A stretch of DNA of 64,000 nt from Bacillota bacterium. Lineage in GTDB: Bacteria; Bacillota; Sulfobacillia; JABLXB01. The stretch is taken from contig JABLXB010000006.1 of NCBI GenBank assembly GCA_013178305.1, positions 25,921-89,920 on the forward strand, given 5' to 3'. Position numbers and translations under genes: made by a program. Shown one piece after another: positions 63,262-64,000 of this stretch. The stretch's first letter is position 1, and each line of letters opens with the position of its first letter. Below the pieces are notes generated by a model. The model saw only the letters and a list, made by a program, of their open reading frames with translations. It did not search any database and had not been told where the DNA came from.

Positions 63262-64000
63262 GAGACGGGGCATACTGCCTGGCCGGCGCAACGAACATCG
63301 GCGTGCTGGTATCGGTTGACGGAGACGCCGTCCTCGTGGACTCGGGCCTCGACCAGTCGATCGCGAGGCGTTGCATCCGCGAAGTCAGCGAACGGGGCTG
63401 GCGCGTCAGGGCCGTCATCAACACCCACGCGCACGCCGACCACGTGGGGGGCAACGCCGAGCTCAAGCGAAGGACGTCCTGCGAAGTCGTGGCCCCCGCG
63501 TTCGAGGAGGCGTGGATACGTTACCCGCTGAGCGAGCCCCTCGCGCTCTTCGTGGGGGCGTCGCCCCCGCAGGGCCTCAGGAACAAATTCACAATGGCCG
63601 AGGCATGCGGTGTGGACCGCGTACTCGAACCGGGCGAGCATGAGGTGTTTGGCATCCTGTTCGAGGCGGTGGATCTCAAGGGCCACAGCCCGAACCAGAC
63701 AGGCGTAATCGCCGGCGGGGCGCTGTTCTGTGGCGATGCCTTCTTCCAGGAGGAGCAGCTCCACAAGCACGTCATCCCGTACAACGTAGACATCGGCGCG
63801 CAGCTCGACACCCTCGCGAAAGTCCCGGCGCTGGCTGCGAAATCCGTGATCCCGGGCCACGGCGGAGTGTGCCGGGATGTCAATGGCGCGGTCGAAGCCA
63901 ACGTCGCGCGGATCCGGACCGTGACCGGTCTCGCCCTGGAGAATGCCGGGACGGGCGGCGTGGGCGCCGGCGCCGAGGCGATCCTGGACGCGGTGTGCCG
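63243..64000 (+). CDS. MBL-fold metallo-hydrolase (3' end outside window; not in ORF track)
   Basis: Hand translation from ATG 63243: MEFVEVGDGAYCLAGATNIGVLVSVDGDAVLVDSGLD...VINTHAHADHVGGN...LKGHSPNQTG...CGDAF...IPGHG. Open to the window end. The start overlaps the preceding gene's stop. Confidence 0.8.
   Translation, partial: MEFVEVGDGAYCLAGATNIGVLVSVDGDAVLVDSGLDQSIARRCIREVSERGWRVRAVINTHAHADHVGGNAELKRRTSCEVVAPAFEEAWIRYPLSEPLALFVGASPPQGLRNKFTMAEACGVDRVLEPGEHEVFGILFEAVDLKGHSPNQTGVIAGGALFCGDAFFQEEQLHKHVIPYNVDIGAQLDTLAKVPALAAKSVIPGHGGVCRDVNGAVEANVARIRTVTGLALENAGTGGVGAGAEAILDAVC

Noticed and set aside
63243-64000. The MBL-fold ORF next to rubredoxin and its reductase as a flavodiiron protein (rubredoxin:oxygen oxidoreductase).
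   Set aside because: The metal motif is the zinc-hydrolase type HAHADH, not the diiron HxExDH. The N-terminal region does not resemble FDPs, and no flavodoxin domain is visible before the window ends.
1-64000. Whole-window check for CRISPR arrays, rRNA genes, IS/transposase genes, reverse transcriptases (retrons/DGRs), toxin-antitoxin pairs and classic defence genes.
   Set aside because: No regularly spaced direct repeats, no rRNA-like sequence, and no transposase, RT or nuclease-ATPase defence signatures were seen by eye. The serine recombinase is the only mobility gene.

Overview
High-GC, densely coding chromosomal window (about 60 genes) from what looks like an anaerobic, endospore-forming Bacillota-type organism; all calls were made by eye, with no searches run. 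Order, left to right:
- 3' part of an ethanolamine-utilisation microcompartment locus: PduS/RnfC-like, PduT-like, eutB, eutC, eutH, eutP, eutQ.
- A lower-GC ~4.3 kb segment with an ORF-poor stretch, two unknown membrane proteins and a large serine recombinase. The recombinase abuts a 5' fragment of a P-loop ATPase gene, so this is a candidate integrative or intervening element.
- A sporulation and housekeeping block: DUF1614, spoIIP, tandem DUF3189, DUF512, der, gpsA, fused homocysteine-methyltransferase/MTHFR, spoIVA, and a PlsY-like::NodB fusion.
- A bifurcating-type [FeFe]-hydrogenase operon with an XRE-cupin regulator, the sensory hydrogenase HydS and a PP2C phosphatase.
- tRNA-Pro(GGG) with its own promoter and terminator.
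- A DUF3870 / CoA-transferase / DASS-transporter operon behind a structured leader.
- A 1094-aa secreted protein with three tandem repeats.
- A three-gene operon ending in a class-III aminotransferase fused to an acyl-ACP-reductase-like domain.
- A corrinoid protein plus an MtaA-like methyltransferase.
- A SAM by-product recycling cluster: speH, M42 peptidase, ndk, MTA phosphorylase, ahcY, mtaD.
- DUF401, a DinG-type exonuclease-helicase, surE, cortex and germination genes (deacetylase, sleB, ypeB), and a rubredoxin / rubredoxin-reductase / MBL module.

No CRISPR array, rRNA, transposase or reverse transcriptase was seen. The two most unusual items are the aminotransferase::AAR-like fusion operon (39.3-43.5 kb) and the recombinase-linked split ATPase gene (6.2-10.8 kb). 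Many long antisense ORFs in the track are GC artefacts.
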